A stretch of 64,000 bases of DNA. Source: an uncultured Chloroflexia bacterium (lineage in GTDB: Bacteria; Chloroflexota; Chloroflexia; QHBQ01; JADMIH01). The stretch lies in NCBI GenBank assembly GCA_963797095.1, contig CAWCNY010000006.1, positions 64,001-128,000 on the forward strand, given 5' to 3'. Of this stretch, positions 29,212-38,657 are shown one piece after another (within the stretch, counting starts at the first letter, position 1; every line of letters starts with the position of its first letter). Made by a program: the position numbers and the translations under genes. The notes beneath the pieces were generated by a model. The model was given only the letters and a program-made list of their open reading frames with translations, did no database searches and was not told where the DNA came from.

Positions 29212-29239
29212 TGCTATACTGTAGATACAATGTATATAC
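29212..29239 (+). promoter_or_regulatory. mazEF promoter and autoregulatory operator
   Basis: TGcTATACT extended -10 followed by the near-palindrome GTAGATACAATGTATATAC. Confidence 0.7.
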
Positions 29240-29256
29240 GCGATGGAGATGATAAT

Positions 29257-29493
29257 ATGAGCTGCGTTCAGAAATGGGGCAACAGCCTGGCGATCCGCAT
29301 ACCTAAAGAATATGCTGACAAACTGCATTGGGACCAAAACACCAGTGTCATGCTCTCGGTTGTGGATGGCAAGCTTGTTACGGAGGCAGTTACTGAGCCT
29401 GTGTATGACCTGGGAATGTTACTTGCCGAGGTCACATCCGATAATTTGCGCTCCGAAATCAGCACGGGCCGCTTTGTTGGCAATGAAGCGTGA
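29257..29493 (+). CDS. mazE: AbrB/MazE antitoxin
   Basis: 'VQKWGNSLAIRIP', 'G..VGNE'; GGAG RBS. Confidence 0.93.
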   Translation: MSCVQKWGNSLAIRIPKEYADKLHWDQNTSVMLSVVDGKLVTEAVTEPVYDLGMLLAEVTSDNLRSEISTGRFVGNEA

Positions 29494-29831
29494 TAGGGCA
29501 ATCCTGCATTCCACAACGCGGTGATGTAGTTTGGCTTGATTTCGATCCACAGGCGGGTCATAAGCAGGCGGGGCGACGGCCTGCTCTTGTGCTCTCGCCT
29601 TATGCTTATAACGGTAGGGTCGGTCTTGCAATTCTTTGCCCTATTACGAGCCAGGTCAAGGGCTACCCATTTGAAGTTGTGATCCCCGATGACCTCCCGG
29701 TGACGGGAGTAATACTGGCTGATCAGGCGAAGAGCCTTGATTGGCGCGTGCGGCGTGCTGCCTTTGCGTGCACGCTCCCACAAGCCGCGCTAAATGAGGC
29801 GCTTGCCAAACTCACGCTCCTGCTTCGCTGA
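29490..29831 (+). CDS. mazF: MazF/PemK endoribonuclease toxin
   Basis: 'RGDVVWLDFDPQAGHKQAGRRPALVLS', 'CPITSQVKGYPFEV', 'ADQAKSLDW'; GTGA overlap with mazE. Confidence 0.95.
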   Translation: MIGQSCIPQRGDVVWLDFDPQAGHKQAGRRPALVLSPYAYNGRVGLAILCPITSQVKGYPFEVVIPDDLPVTGVILADQAKSLDWRVRRAAFACTLPQAALNEALAKLTLLLR

Positions 29832-29842
29832 TGGTTCCCCCG

Positions 29843-30959
29843 CTAGTTGTAGGCGATGCGTGGGTCTGCGACCGCGTAGAGCACATCGGCCAGGATGTTC
29901 GATGCGATGATGAGGGTTGTTACTATGAGGAGGAAGCCCATGATGAGGGGGAGGTCGAGGACGAAGATGGCAGGTATGAAGAGGCGCCCATGCCGGGGTA
30001 GGAGAAGACCTGTTCGGTGGCGACCGCGCCGGAGAAGAGGAAGAGGAGGGGGAGGCTCAGGGAGACGATTGTGATGGTGGGGATGAGGGCGTTTCTGAGG
30101 GCGTGGCGCAAGATGATGGAGCGCTGGCCGAGGCCCTTGGCCCAGGCGGTGCGCACGTAGTCCTGGCGCATTACTTCGAGCATGGAGGCCCTGATGAAGC
30201 GCGAGAATTGCGCTACGCTCACAAAGGAGAGGACGGTTACGGGCAGGATCAGGTGGTAGATGCGGTTGATGATGTAGTTTTCCTGGTCGGTGTCGTAGGC
30301 GTAGCCGGTGGGGAGATAGGGGAGCCAGGTCCAGCCGCTATCATTGAGTTGTTTGGCGAGCACGCCGAGGAAGATGGTTAGCATCAGGCCGAGCCAGAAG
30401 GTGGGCATCGAGAGGCCGACGAACGAGAAGCCTGTTACGGTGTAATCGAGGAGCGAGTATTGCCTGATGGCCGAGATGATTCCTATGGGGAAGGCTATAA
30501 GGAGCGATAGAAGGAGTGACGTGACGGTGAGGGCCAGGGTGTTCCCCAACCTGTCGCCCATCAGGCCGATGACAGGACGGCCTTTTGCCAGCAGCGCGGA
30601 GCGTCCGAAATCGCCTGTGAGCGCGCCCGATCCCTTTATGTGGAAGTCGCCGATGGCGATGTCTATACCTTTCCGGATATTATGGGTGTTGTCGTTGGGT
30701 TCAGGTGCTGGGTGTCTGATGGGTCGAAGAGCCAGCGCAGGTAGCTGAGGGGGTAGGGTGAGTCGAGCTTGTATTGCTTCATAACCTCTACCAGTGCCGC
30801 TATATTCGGGTGATGCTCGCTGCCGCCCGTTGCCATTGCCTCCCAATACTGGTCTACAGGACCGCCTGGGGTGATGAAAAGAACGGTGTAGATCAGGCAG
30901 GTAGAAAATAGCAGGACCACCAAGCCCTGCACGAACCGCCGGATAATGTAAGTAGACAT
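29843..30959 (-). pseudogene. DppB/OppB-type peptide ABC permease with two frameshifts (about 30698 and 29988)
   Basis: 'YIIRR...ITPGGP' start; 'DYVRTAWAKGL...HALRNALIP'; the C-terminal 'NILADVLYAVADPRI' lies in a third frame ending TAG at 29843. Confidence 0.85.
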
Positions 30960-31059
30960 CCCACTGATCTCCTTGTGAAATAGTCGCTCAGTGGATGCTT
31001 CCGAACGCTTCAGATGTATACACAGTCTGCGGCGGTTGGCGGTTCAGGTCGCCTGTTGG

Positions 31060-32139
31060 TTACAGGCCGAGGCGCTCGAGTATCCTCGTGATCAGCCAGA
31101 GCACGGTTGGTAGCAGAAGGGCGGTCAGCACGGCTCGTACCGCTTCGGGGTCCCAGGGCCATGTGGAAGATTTCGCAACCACGTCCTGTTCCTTTATTAG
31201 ACCGTCAATTGCATTGTTTATGTTGCCTATGTCGGCGCTGTAATCGCCCGCATCGGTGCGGCGGTGTAATTCGTTTGATACGTCCTCGAAACGTCGCGAA
31301 ATTTCGCTCTTGCGTCGGTCCTTCTCCTGTTGCAGTAATTTGTGCGCGCCGAATAGGGGCCATACAAAAGTTGCAAGCGCGATAAGCACGAAAGCGGCAA
31401 CAAGGATACCGTTGGTAGGAGAGTATATCTGCCAATTGCCATAGATGGAGAGGTAGGCGTATGTTAATGCGAGCAGTGCGACAGTGGTCATCGCGCCGAC
31501 CCTGGAAAGGGCGTAAAGGGGGCCCATATCGAAAATGCTGACGTTCGTATGATGGGTACAGATGCGTGCTACCGTTCGAAGTTGATGAATCGTATGGTAC
31601 GCGAAGACGATCATCGCAAGTCCGGAAAGCCCTGAGAGGCAGAGATCGACTGTAGTTGCAAGCGGTGATGTAAGGTATTTTGACCTCTCAATGTCAGCGC
31701 CGGTCAAGAAGAAGGGTATATAAGCAAGCCCAATGGCGGCCCCGACAAGGCTCAACAGCAACACGGGGCGCGACGGCATAGTTGCGATCCGGTAGCGCAG
31801 ACTTTCATAATCCTCATCGGGTACGGTCAGCACGGGGCGAAAATCGGCTAAAGCCCTGCGTGCCATATTGTCCAGGTAGTGCAGCACGAATAGCAGATAG
31901 ATGGGATCGAGACCGTCGAAGATATGGATGGGGAAGAAGGTGCCTACCGGATAGCTGTTGTCGCTCCATGCGGCGATTGTCCTCGTGAGGCTCAGGGCCA
32001 GCCCCACCACGAGGTAGAATGACCAGGCAGGAACCGGCAGCAGCCGCACCCAATCGGTGAAGCGGTCTACCCAGCTTGGGGCGTATGCGTAGGCGATGCG
32101 TTCGTCCTGTCTGACCGTGCTATCGGTAATGGCGGCCAT
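31060..32139 (-). CDS. Hypothetical multi-pass membrane protein
   Basis: About 7 TM segments, 'STWPWD' near the C-terminus; GGGGA RBS. Confidence 0.75.
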   Translation of the reverse strand: MAAITDSTVRQDERIAYAYAPSWVDRFTDWVRLLPVPAWSFYLVVGLALSLTRTIAAWSDNSYPVGTFFPIHIFDGLDPIYLLFVLHYLDNMARRALADFRPVLTVPDEDYESLRYRIATMPSRPVLLLSLVGAAIGLAYIPFFLTGADIERSKYLTSPLATTVDLCLSGLSGLAMIVFAYHTIHQLRTVARICTHHTNVSIFDMGPLYALSRVGAMTTVALLALTYAYLSIYGNWQIYSPTNGILVAAFVLIALATFVWPLFGAHKLLQQEKDRRKSEISRRFEDVSNELHRRTDAGDYSADIGNINNAIDGLIKEQDVVAKSSTWPWDPEAVRAVLTALLLPTVLWLITRILERLGL

Positions 32140-32411
32140 TTTGTCCCCAACCATGCCTGCGAAAGCGATGATGCTATTTGACACCGGTTACCGGCAGATC
32201 ACGGAATTATAAGATATCGAGATTATACATGAGCCGCCAAATAACGCCAGATCTTATTCCGCAGCATGCTAATCACGGGCAGTTGAGTCCCTTCCAAAGA
32301 TCGGCGAAATGTGGATTCTTTGTGCCTGATCCGCTCATTGTGGTAGAATTAGAGTCCGTGATGCCCTTTGTGCACGCGGAAAATAATAATGGAGAGAGGT
32401 CAGAGTAGCCC

Positions 32412-34430
32412 ATGGTATATGCCCCCCAAAACCCCCTGATTGTGCAGAGCGACCGTTCTCTCCTCCTCGAAGTGGATAACCCGCTTTATTCGGCGGCGCG
32501 TGACGAGCTTGCTCGCTTTGCTGAGCTTGAGAAAAGCCCGGAGCACATCCACACGTACAGGATCACGCCGCTTTCGCTTTGGAATGCCGCTTCGGCAGGG
32601 CTTACGCCTGAGGCCGCGGTCGAGATACTGGCCCGGTATTCCAAGTTCGACCTGCCCAACAACGTCCTGATCGATATCAAGGACTATATTTCGCGGTTTG
32701 GTCGGCTGAAGCTGGTGAAGTCGGATGCGGGTGAGCTTCTTCTGAAGTCGGAAGACCCGATGCTGATCGCCGAGGTGGCCCGCAACAAGCGGGTGCAGCC
32801 GCATGTGCTGGCGCAGCCCAACCGCAACACGCTCCAGATCGATCCACGAATGAGAGGGCATGTCAAGCAGGCTCTTGTGCTGTTTGGCTTTCCGGCGGAG
32901 GACCTTGCAGGGTACAACGAAGGTACGCCACTTGCTGTTGAGCTTCGCCCCGCCACTTTGGATGGCGGCTTATTCGGGTTGAGAGCTTACCAGGAGGACG
33001 CTATCGCCTCGTTCTGGGCGGGGGGGACAGTGCATGGCGGCAGCGGGGTGGTAGTGCTGCCATGTGGCGCGGGTAAGACGGTGGTGGGTATGGGGACGAT
33101 GGCCCAGGCCGATACGCATACTCTTATTCTCACGCCATCCACTATAGCCGTGCGCCAGTGGATCAGCGAGCTTCTTGATAAGACCAGCCTTACAGCCGAG
33201 CAGGTGGGCGAGTACAGCGGCGATAAGAAAGAGATTCGCCCGGTCACGATCACTACGTACCAGATGCTTACTTACCGCCCGTTCAAGGTTGACCGTGCAA
33301 CGGGCGAGATCGGCGAGTTCCCGCACTTCGATATATTTACCAAGCACGACTGGGGGCTTATCATTTACGACGAGGTGCATTTGCTTCCTGCTCCGATATT
33401 CCGAATTACGGCCGAGATACAGGCGCGCCGCCGGCTCGGTCTGACAGCCACGCTAGTGCGCGAGGATGGGCACGAGACAGATGTGTTTTCGCTTATAGGG
33501 CCCAAGAAGTACGATGTTCCGTGGAAAGAGCTTGAGAGGCAGGGCTGGATCGCCACCGCGCAGTGTACCGAGGTGCGCATGCCCCTCACCCCGGAAGAGC
33601 GCACTGAGTACGTGCACACCGAAGACAGCCGCATCAAGTACAGGATCGCCGCCGAGAACCCTATCAAGATGGACGTTCTTGAAGAATTGCTCAAGCGGCA
33701 CGAAACCGATTCCGTGCTGGTGATCGGGCAGTATTTGCACCAGTTGAAGGGGATCGCGGCCAAGTTCAACGCGCCGCTTGTCACAGGCAAGACGCCCAAT
33801 GTGGAGCGCGACCGCCTCTATGAGGATTTCCGCACAGGCGAGATCAATCTGCTGGTGGTGAGCAAGGTCGCGAACTTCGCGATCGATCTGCCGGATGCTA
33901 ATGTAGCTATCCAGGTGAGCGGCACTTTCGGGTCGCGGCAGGAGGAGGCGCAGCGCTTGGGACGCATCCTTCGACCCAAGAAAGACGGCTCAATCGCTAA
34001 TTTCTATACTCTGGTTACAAGAGATACCAAAGACCAGGACTTTTCTACCAATCGCCAGCTATTCCTAACCGAGCAAGGTTACAGTTATAATATAATAGAC
34101 GCCTCAGAGGTCGTACCTACGCTGCCGGAGAAAATTGCGGAGTTAGAGGCCGAGTTGGAGCGCAAGAAGCTGTCGGGCGAGTGGGATATAGATGCCCGTC
34201 TTGAAGGGCGTCGCCATGTCGCCAGGTCAGATGACGACGAGAACGGCGATGCGTCTGCGAAGCCGAAGCGAGGGCGCAAGCCCAAGGCCAAGACTGAGCC
34301 GGTGGAAGTAGAAGCGGAGGCGGCAGTGGAGGCTGATGTGGCGGCAGGGGCGGAGGACCAACAACCGCAGAAGCGCCGAGGTCGCCCGCCCAAGAATCAG
34401 AGTCGAGACCACCTGCGATTGGTCAAGTAA
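32412..34430 (+). CDS. XPB/Ssl2-family DNA repair helicase with a C-terminal low-complexity extension
   Basis: 'PLIVQSD..LLE', 'LEKSPEHIHTYRITPLSLWNA', 'VVLPCGAGKT', 'DEVH', 'LGLTATLVREDG', 'QEEAQRLGRILRPK'. Confidence 0.95.
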   Translation: MVYAPQNPLIVQSDRSLLLEVDNPLYSAARDELARFAELEKSPEHIHTYRITPLSLWNAASAGLTPEAAVEILARYSKFDLPNNVLIDIKDYISRFGRLKLVKSDAGELLLKSEDPMLIAEVARNKRVQPHVLAQPNRNTLQIDPRMRGHVKQALVLFGFPAEDLAGYNEGTPLAVELRPATLDGGLFGLRAYQEDAIASFWAGGTVHGGSGVVVLPCGAGKTVVGMGTMAQADTHTLILTPSTIAVRQWISELLDKTSLTAEQVGEYSGDKKEIRPVTITTYQMLTYRPFKVDRATGEIGEFPHFDIFTKHDWGLIIYDEVHLLPAPIFRITAEIQARRRLGLTATLVREDGHETDVFSLIGPKKYDVPWKELERQGWIATAQCTEVRMPLTPEERTEYVHTEDSRIKYRIAAENPIKMDVLEELLKRHETDSVLVIGQYLHQLKGIAAKFNAPLVTGKTPNVERDRLYEDFRTGEINLLVVSKVANFAIDLPDANVAIQVSGTFGSRQEEAQRLGRILRPKKDGSIANFYTLVTRDTKDQDFSTNRQLFLTEQGYSYNIIDASEVVPTLPEKIAELEAELERKKLSGEWDIDARLEGRRHVARSDDDENGDASAKPKRGRKPKAKTEPVEVEAEAAVEADVAAGAEDQQPQKRRGRPPKNQSRDHLRLVK

Positions 34431-34446
34431 TCAATTGGAGGCTAAG

Positions 34447-35799
34447 TTGCCGGTCGTTGCAGTTATAGGCTGCCAGTGGGGAGATGAAGGTAAAGGCAAG
34501 GTTGTGGACCTGCTTGCCGAGCAGGCGAGCGTGGTCGCGCGCTGCAATGGCGGCACCAACGCCGGGCACACGATAGTCAATTCACTGGGCACGTTTCGCC
34601 AGCGCCTGATCCCTTCCGGCATTTTTCACCCTCACGCCATCTGCATAATAGGTAACGGTGTGGTGGTAGACCCCGCCATCCTCCTGGACGAGATGAAGAC
34701 CCTTTCGGCGGTGGGTGTCGATATGTCGCGGCTCTTGATAAGCGATCGCGCTCATGTGATCATGCCCTACCACAAGATGCTCGATGCGCTTGAGGATGAT
34801 GCGAGGGCAAAGACGGGTAGCGGGCCACTGGGGACAACCCGCCGGGGTATCGGGCCGGTGTACGTCGACAGAGCCGCCCGCTCCGGCATTCGTATGGGCG
34901 ATCTTCTGCACGAGGAGACGCTGCTTACGAAGCTATCTTCGGTGCTCCCGGCCAAGAACGACCTGCTCACCAAGCTGTATGGCGCTCAACCTCTTGAGCT
35001 TCACAGCGTTTACCTGAAGCTGGTTGAGCAAGGTCAGCAGCTTCGCAAGCATATTATGCCTACAGAGCTTGTGATTGCCCGTGCGCTCCAGGATAAGCGG
35101 GCGATTCTCCTTGAAGGGGCACAGGCCGCTCTGCTCGACCTCGATTTCGGGACTTACCCTTATGTCACTTCGAGCAATCCTACGGCGGCGGGGCTTTGCG
35201 TGGGTTCGGGCACGCCGCCTAACCAGCTAAGCTCGATAGTGGGTGTGTATAAGGCTTACCAGACTCGCGTGGGCGAAGGACCTTTCCCTACGGAGATCGA
35301 TGGCGACCTGGCCGACTTTCTGCGTGAGCAAGGGGGGGCTGGTCACGGCGAATATGGGACGGTTACAGGCCGCCCGCGCCGCGTCGGGTGGTTTGATGCC
35401 GTGGCCGCCCGCTATGTAGCCACTCTCAACGGGCTTACCGGGCTTGCGATTACCCGCCTCGATGCTTTGGACAAGTTCGACACGATCAAGATTTGCACGG
35501 CGTATGTGGTGAACGACGCCCATCTCAACCACCTACCGGCCGATATATCCATACTCGAATCGGTGGAGTGCCAGTATGAGGAACACCCCGGCTGGCTGAC
35601 CGACACCTCAGAAGCGCGCTCCTGGCCCGAGCTCCCGGACAATGCCCGCGCTTACCTCGACCGTCTATCGCATCTGCTGGGCACGCCTCTTGACATAATA
35701 TCGGTTGGGCCGCACCGAGAGCAGACCATCATGTTGCGCAACCCGTACAAGGTGGTGCCGCAGCAGGTGGGGCAGTTGTTGCAATCGCTGGGCGACTGA
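34447..35799 (+). CDS. purA: Adenylosuccinate synthetase
   Basis: 'QWGDEGKGK', 'GGTNAGHT', 'GTTRRGIGP', 'EGAQ', 'EYGTVTGRPRR'; TTG start after GGAGG. Confidence 0.97.
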   Translation: MPVVAVIGCQWGDEGKGKVVDLLAEQASVVARCNGGTNAGHTIVNSLGTFRQRLIPSGIFHPHAICIIGNGVVVDPAILLDEMKTLSAVGVDMSRLLISDRAHVIMPYHKMLDALEDDARAKTGSGPLGTTRRGIGPVYVDRAARSGIRMGDLLHEETLLTKLSSVLPAKNDLLTKLYGAQPLELHSVYLKLVEQGQQLRKHIMPTELVIARALQDKRAILLEGAQAALLDLDFGTYPYVTSSNPTAAGLCVGSGTPPNQLSSIVGVYKAYQTRVGEGPFPTEIDGDLADFLREQGGAGHGEYGTVTGRPRRVGWFDAVAARYVATLNGLTGLAITRLDALDKFDTIKICTAYVVNDAHLNHLPADISILESVECQYEEHPGWLTDTSEARSWPELPDNARAYLDRLSHLLGTPLDIISVGPHREQTIMLRNPYKVVPQQVGQLLQSLGD

Positions 35800-35868
35800 G
35801 CGTCAGTGTGAGCCGCAACCGGTGGATGGGCGCAAGCTCTCAGGGCCGATGATATACTTGCAATTGCG

Positions 35869-37341
35869 ATGTGCATCCCACCCTCACCCGATCCTACCCA
35901 CTTCACCAAAGAAGTCACCGAAGCCCATTTAGCCGCTATATGGAACGAGCAATCGCCCCTGCGCGGCCCCATGTGGGACTGCACGGGGCAGCCGGTTGCT
36001 ATTGTGCACAGGGGGCGGTGGACGGCGGGTAGCGGGCCTGACTTTTCAGGCGCGATGCTTGGTCTTGGCGAGGGAGGGGCCAGGCTGGTAAGGGGCGATG
36101 TGGAGATGCACCTTCGGTGCGGCGACTGGTACGCTCACGGGCACGATTCCGACCCACGCTACAACTCGGTTGCTTTGCATGTTGTGCTCTGGCCCCTGGG
36201 TGCCAGGCCCGTCACCCGAGCCGACGGCGTCACAGTGCCCACGCTGGTGCTCGCCGACTACATTACCCTCGCCACACCCGATTTGCTGAACCGGATAACC
36301 CCGCTCGTGCCCAACCTCGGCACGCTCTCGGAAGAGCCTTGCTGGCAGCGCACCCGCGACTGGCCGGTCGAGCGCTTGCTCGCGGATATAGAAGCGGCGG
36401 GCGATGCACGACTCGAAGAAGAAGTGGCCCGCATGGAAGCGGGATCCGACGTAAACGGCTCGCCCGATGATATTTTCTATAGCGGCCTGTTCGATGCGCT
36501 CGGCTACTCGTCTAATCGCGAGCCAATGCGCGCGCTCGCCGCTGCCCTCCCCATTTCGCATCTCCTCTCGCTGCCTCTCACGCCAGACGAAAAAGAGCGC
36601 GCCACCCTGCTCGAAGCGGTGCTGCTTGGCGCGGCCGGGCTTCTCCCCTCACAGCGCCCTGACCTGACACCCGGCGATTGGGCTACCTCCGAGTACATTG
36701 AGGACGTGGAGCGGCTCTGGCAATCTTCTGCTCTTGCGCTATCGCTTGCTCCGGAGGGGATGGTTCAAGGCTGGCACTGGGACAGGGTGCGGCCTGCCAA
36801 CTCGCCTTTGCGGAGGCTGGCGGCTGCCGCCCGGCTTCTGGCCCGCTATGCCTGGCCGCCCAATGGCCTGGGCATTCTGGCTCCATTCCTCGACAGGACC
36901 GGCACCTTCTCAGCAGATGAGCTTGCGAGGGAATGGACCTCTATGCTGGGCGTGCCGGGGGATGGGTACTGGGCATCGCATAGCGATTTCGGTCGCCCGC
37001 TCGCGGGCCTCGATAGGGATGAGGTGGCTCTTATCGGCCACTCCCGCGCCTCCGATATGGTGGTCAATATTCTCATTCCCGTGCTGCTGGCTTATGCGGA
37101 CACTCACGGCAAACCGCACTTGCGTGAAGAAGCGTGCGTGGTGTATGCGCTCTATCCCAGGCTCCCGGAGAACAAGATCACTCGCGCAATGTCGGACGAA
37201 GCCTTCGGGCCTCGCAAGCGCTCTGCCATCAAGACCGCCCGCCAGCAGCAGGGCCTTATCCATCTTTATCGCCTTTATTGCGAAGCTCGACGCTGCTACG
37301 AATGCCCTGTGTCGGGGCTTAGCGTTGGTGGTAGTCGGTAG
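35869..37341 (+). CDS. DUF2851 family protein
   Basis: 'GPDF', 'GDVEMH', 'W..HGH..DP.YN.V.LHVV', 'VRPANSP..RLA', terminal 'YCEARRCYECP'. Confidence 0.85.
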   Translation: MCIPPSPDPTHFTKEVTEAHLAAIWNEQSPLRGPMWDCTGQPVAIVHRGRWTAGSGPDFSGAMLGLGEGGARLVRGDVEMHLRCGDWYAHGHDSDPRYNSVALHVVLWPLGARPVTRADGVTVPTLVLADYITLATPDLLNRITPLVPNLGTLSEEPCWQRTRDWPVERLLADIEAAGDARLEEEVARMEAGSDVNGSPDDIFYSGLFDALGYSSNREPMRALAAALPISHLLSLPLTPDEKERATLLEAVLLGAAGLLPSQRPDLTPGDWATSEYIEDVERLWQSSALALSLAPEGMVQGWHWDRVRPANSPLRRLAAAARLLARYAWPPNGLGILAPFLDRTGTFSADELAREWTSMLGVPGDGYWASHSDFGRPLAGLDRDEVALIGHSRASDMVVNILIPVLLAYADTHGKPHLREEACVVYALYPRLPENKITRAMSDEAFGPRKRSAIKTARQQQGLIHLYRLYCEARRCYECPVSGLSVGGSR

Positions 37342-37446
37342 CCGATAGTCAGATTATGGTTCCTGGTTGATGGTTGATGGTTGATGGTTGATGGTAATCG
37401 GAGGATTAGTAGCGAATGGGGAATGGGGAATGGGGCGTGAATGGGG
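37330..37446. repeat. Mixed heptamer repeats: GGTAGTC/GGTAGCC, (TGGTTGA)x4, (GAATGGG)x3
   Basis: Read directly; overlaps the DUF2851 stop. Confidence 0.9.
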
Positions 37447-37733
37447 AGTAAGGAGTAAGAGATTGTCGCTTATCGTGGTCTCAGCCGGGTATTGGCGATA
37501 CCTGATGTAGTAGTACCCATTGGCGATACCTGATTAGGAACTACGTAATCTTCCCAGAAATGGATGCAACGTGTAGAATATGCTGTAGGTCGCACCAGAT
37601 GTGCGAAACCGTACCATGTGCGCGTGGTTTTTGTTATCATTTGAATAGTAGACACTATTCGGCCTGCATCACCCGTCGCTCCCCACTTCTCGCAAGCCAT
37701 TCGTAACTGGTTCGAAAATAGAGAGGGTATGGT

Positions 37734-38657
37734 ATGGTATCTCCCGTAAGTTCGCAACCGGCAATGGTACTGGTAGTTGATGCCGATCCTACTAACCAGC
37801 GCGCCTTGCGCGACCGCCTGCTTCGCCTGGGTTACACAGCCCGCTCGGCTGATGATCATCAGTCTGCCTTCATCATAGTCAGTTCTACTCCTCCCGATGT
37901 GCTCTTGCTGCCCGGCCAGGCTGATCAGGACGAGGGTTGGAAGGTATTGCAGCAGCAACTCGACAACTGGGGTATTCCCGTGCTCAAACTCACACCCCCG
38001 GTGGACGATACCTCTACACAGCTGCTTGATATGCTTGCTGCTATCTCGGATTCCGACCTCAAGATGAGGGTGGAGGGGGCCTTGCGCTCACGCAGCCTTC
38101 TGAAAGCCCTGGCGGTGGAAAACGCCCGGCTGGAAGCGGAGCGTTTGCACGACCCTCTCACCGGCCTGTTCAATAGGCGCTATGTGATGATCCGCGTTGA
38201 AGAAGAGGTGAGGCGTTCATCGCGCCATGCTTATCCACTATCCTGCCTGCTTGTCGATCTCGACAGGTTTGGCGACGTTAACGACAACTGGGGCCATATG
38301 GTGGGGGACGGAGTTCTTCGCGATGTGGCGCATATCGTAACCCGCATCATGCGCTCCACCGACATCGTCTGCCGCTACCGTGACGATGAGTTCCTTGTGC
38401 TGCTGACCGATACCGATGCCCCCGGCGCTCAGATCGCGGCCAACCGCCTCCGCGATGGTATCGCCGCCCACGATTTCTTCAATCGCGAGGGCGACGATCC
38501 GATCAAGATCACGGCTTCTATCGGCATTGCATACTGGGAGCCTACGAGCGGCCAGGCTGCCACCTGGGAACCTCAACTTCTCGCTCTCGCCGAGCGCGCT
38601 CTCAAAGCCGCCAAGCTTTCGGGACCTAACCGGCTGGTTATGCTTCAAGCCGCGTGA
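37734..38657 (+). CDS. Pseudo-receiver + degenerate GGDEF (RDDEF) protein
   Basis: 'DPLTGLFNRR', 'RSTD' I-site, 'RYRDDEF'; receiver 'PDVLLLP' lacks the phosphoacceptor Asp. Confidence 0.85.
   Translation: MVSPVSSQPAMVLVVDADPTNQRALRDRLLRLGYTARSADDHQSAFIIVSSTPPDVLLLPGQADQDEGWKVLQQQLDNWGIPVLKLTPPVDDTSTQLLDMLAAISDSDLKMRVEGALRSRSLLKALAVENARLEAERLHDPLTGLFNRRYVMIRVEEEVRRSSRHAYPLSCLLVDLDRFGDVNDNWGHMVGDGVLRDVAHIVTRIMRSTDIVCRYRDDEFLVLLTDTDAPGAQIAANRLRDGIAAHDFFNREGDDPIKITASIGIAYWEPTSGQAATWEPQLLALAERALKAAKLSGPNRLVMLQAA

Noticed and set aside
27120-30100. G/T-rich strand bias suggesting an inversion or replication switch
   Set aside because: Cannot be quantified by eye and is partly explained by repeats and codon usage of hydrophobic genes
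29257-34430. Anti-phage defence island (mazEF plus helicase)
   Set aside because: The helicase is a canonical XPB/Ssl2 next to purA, and no other defence genes are recognisable
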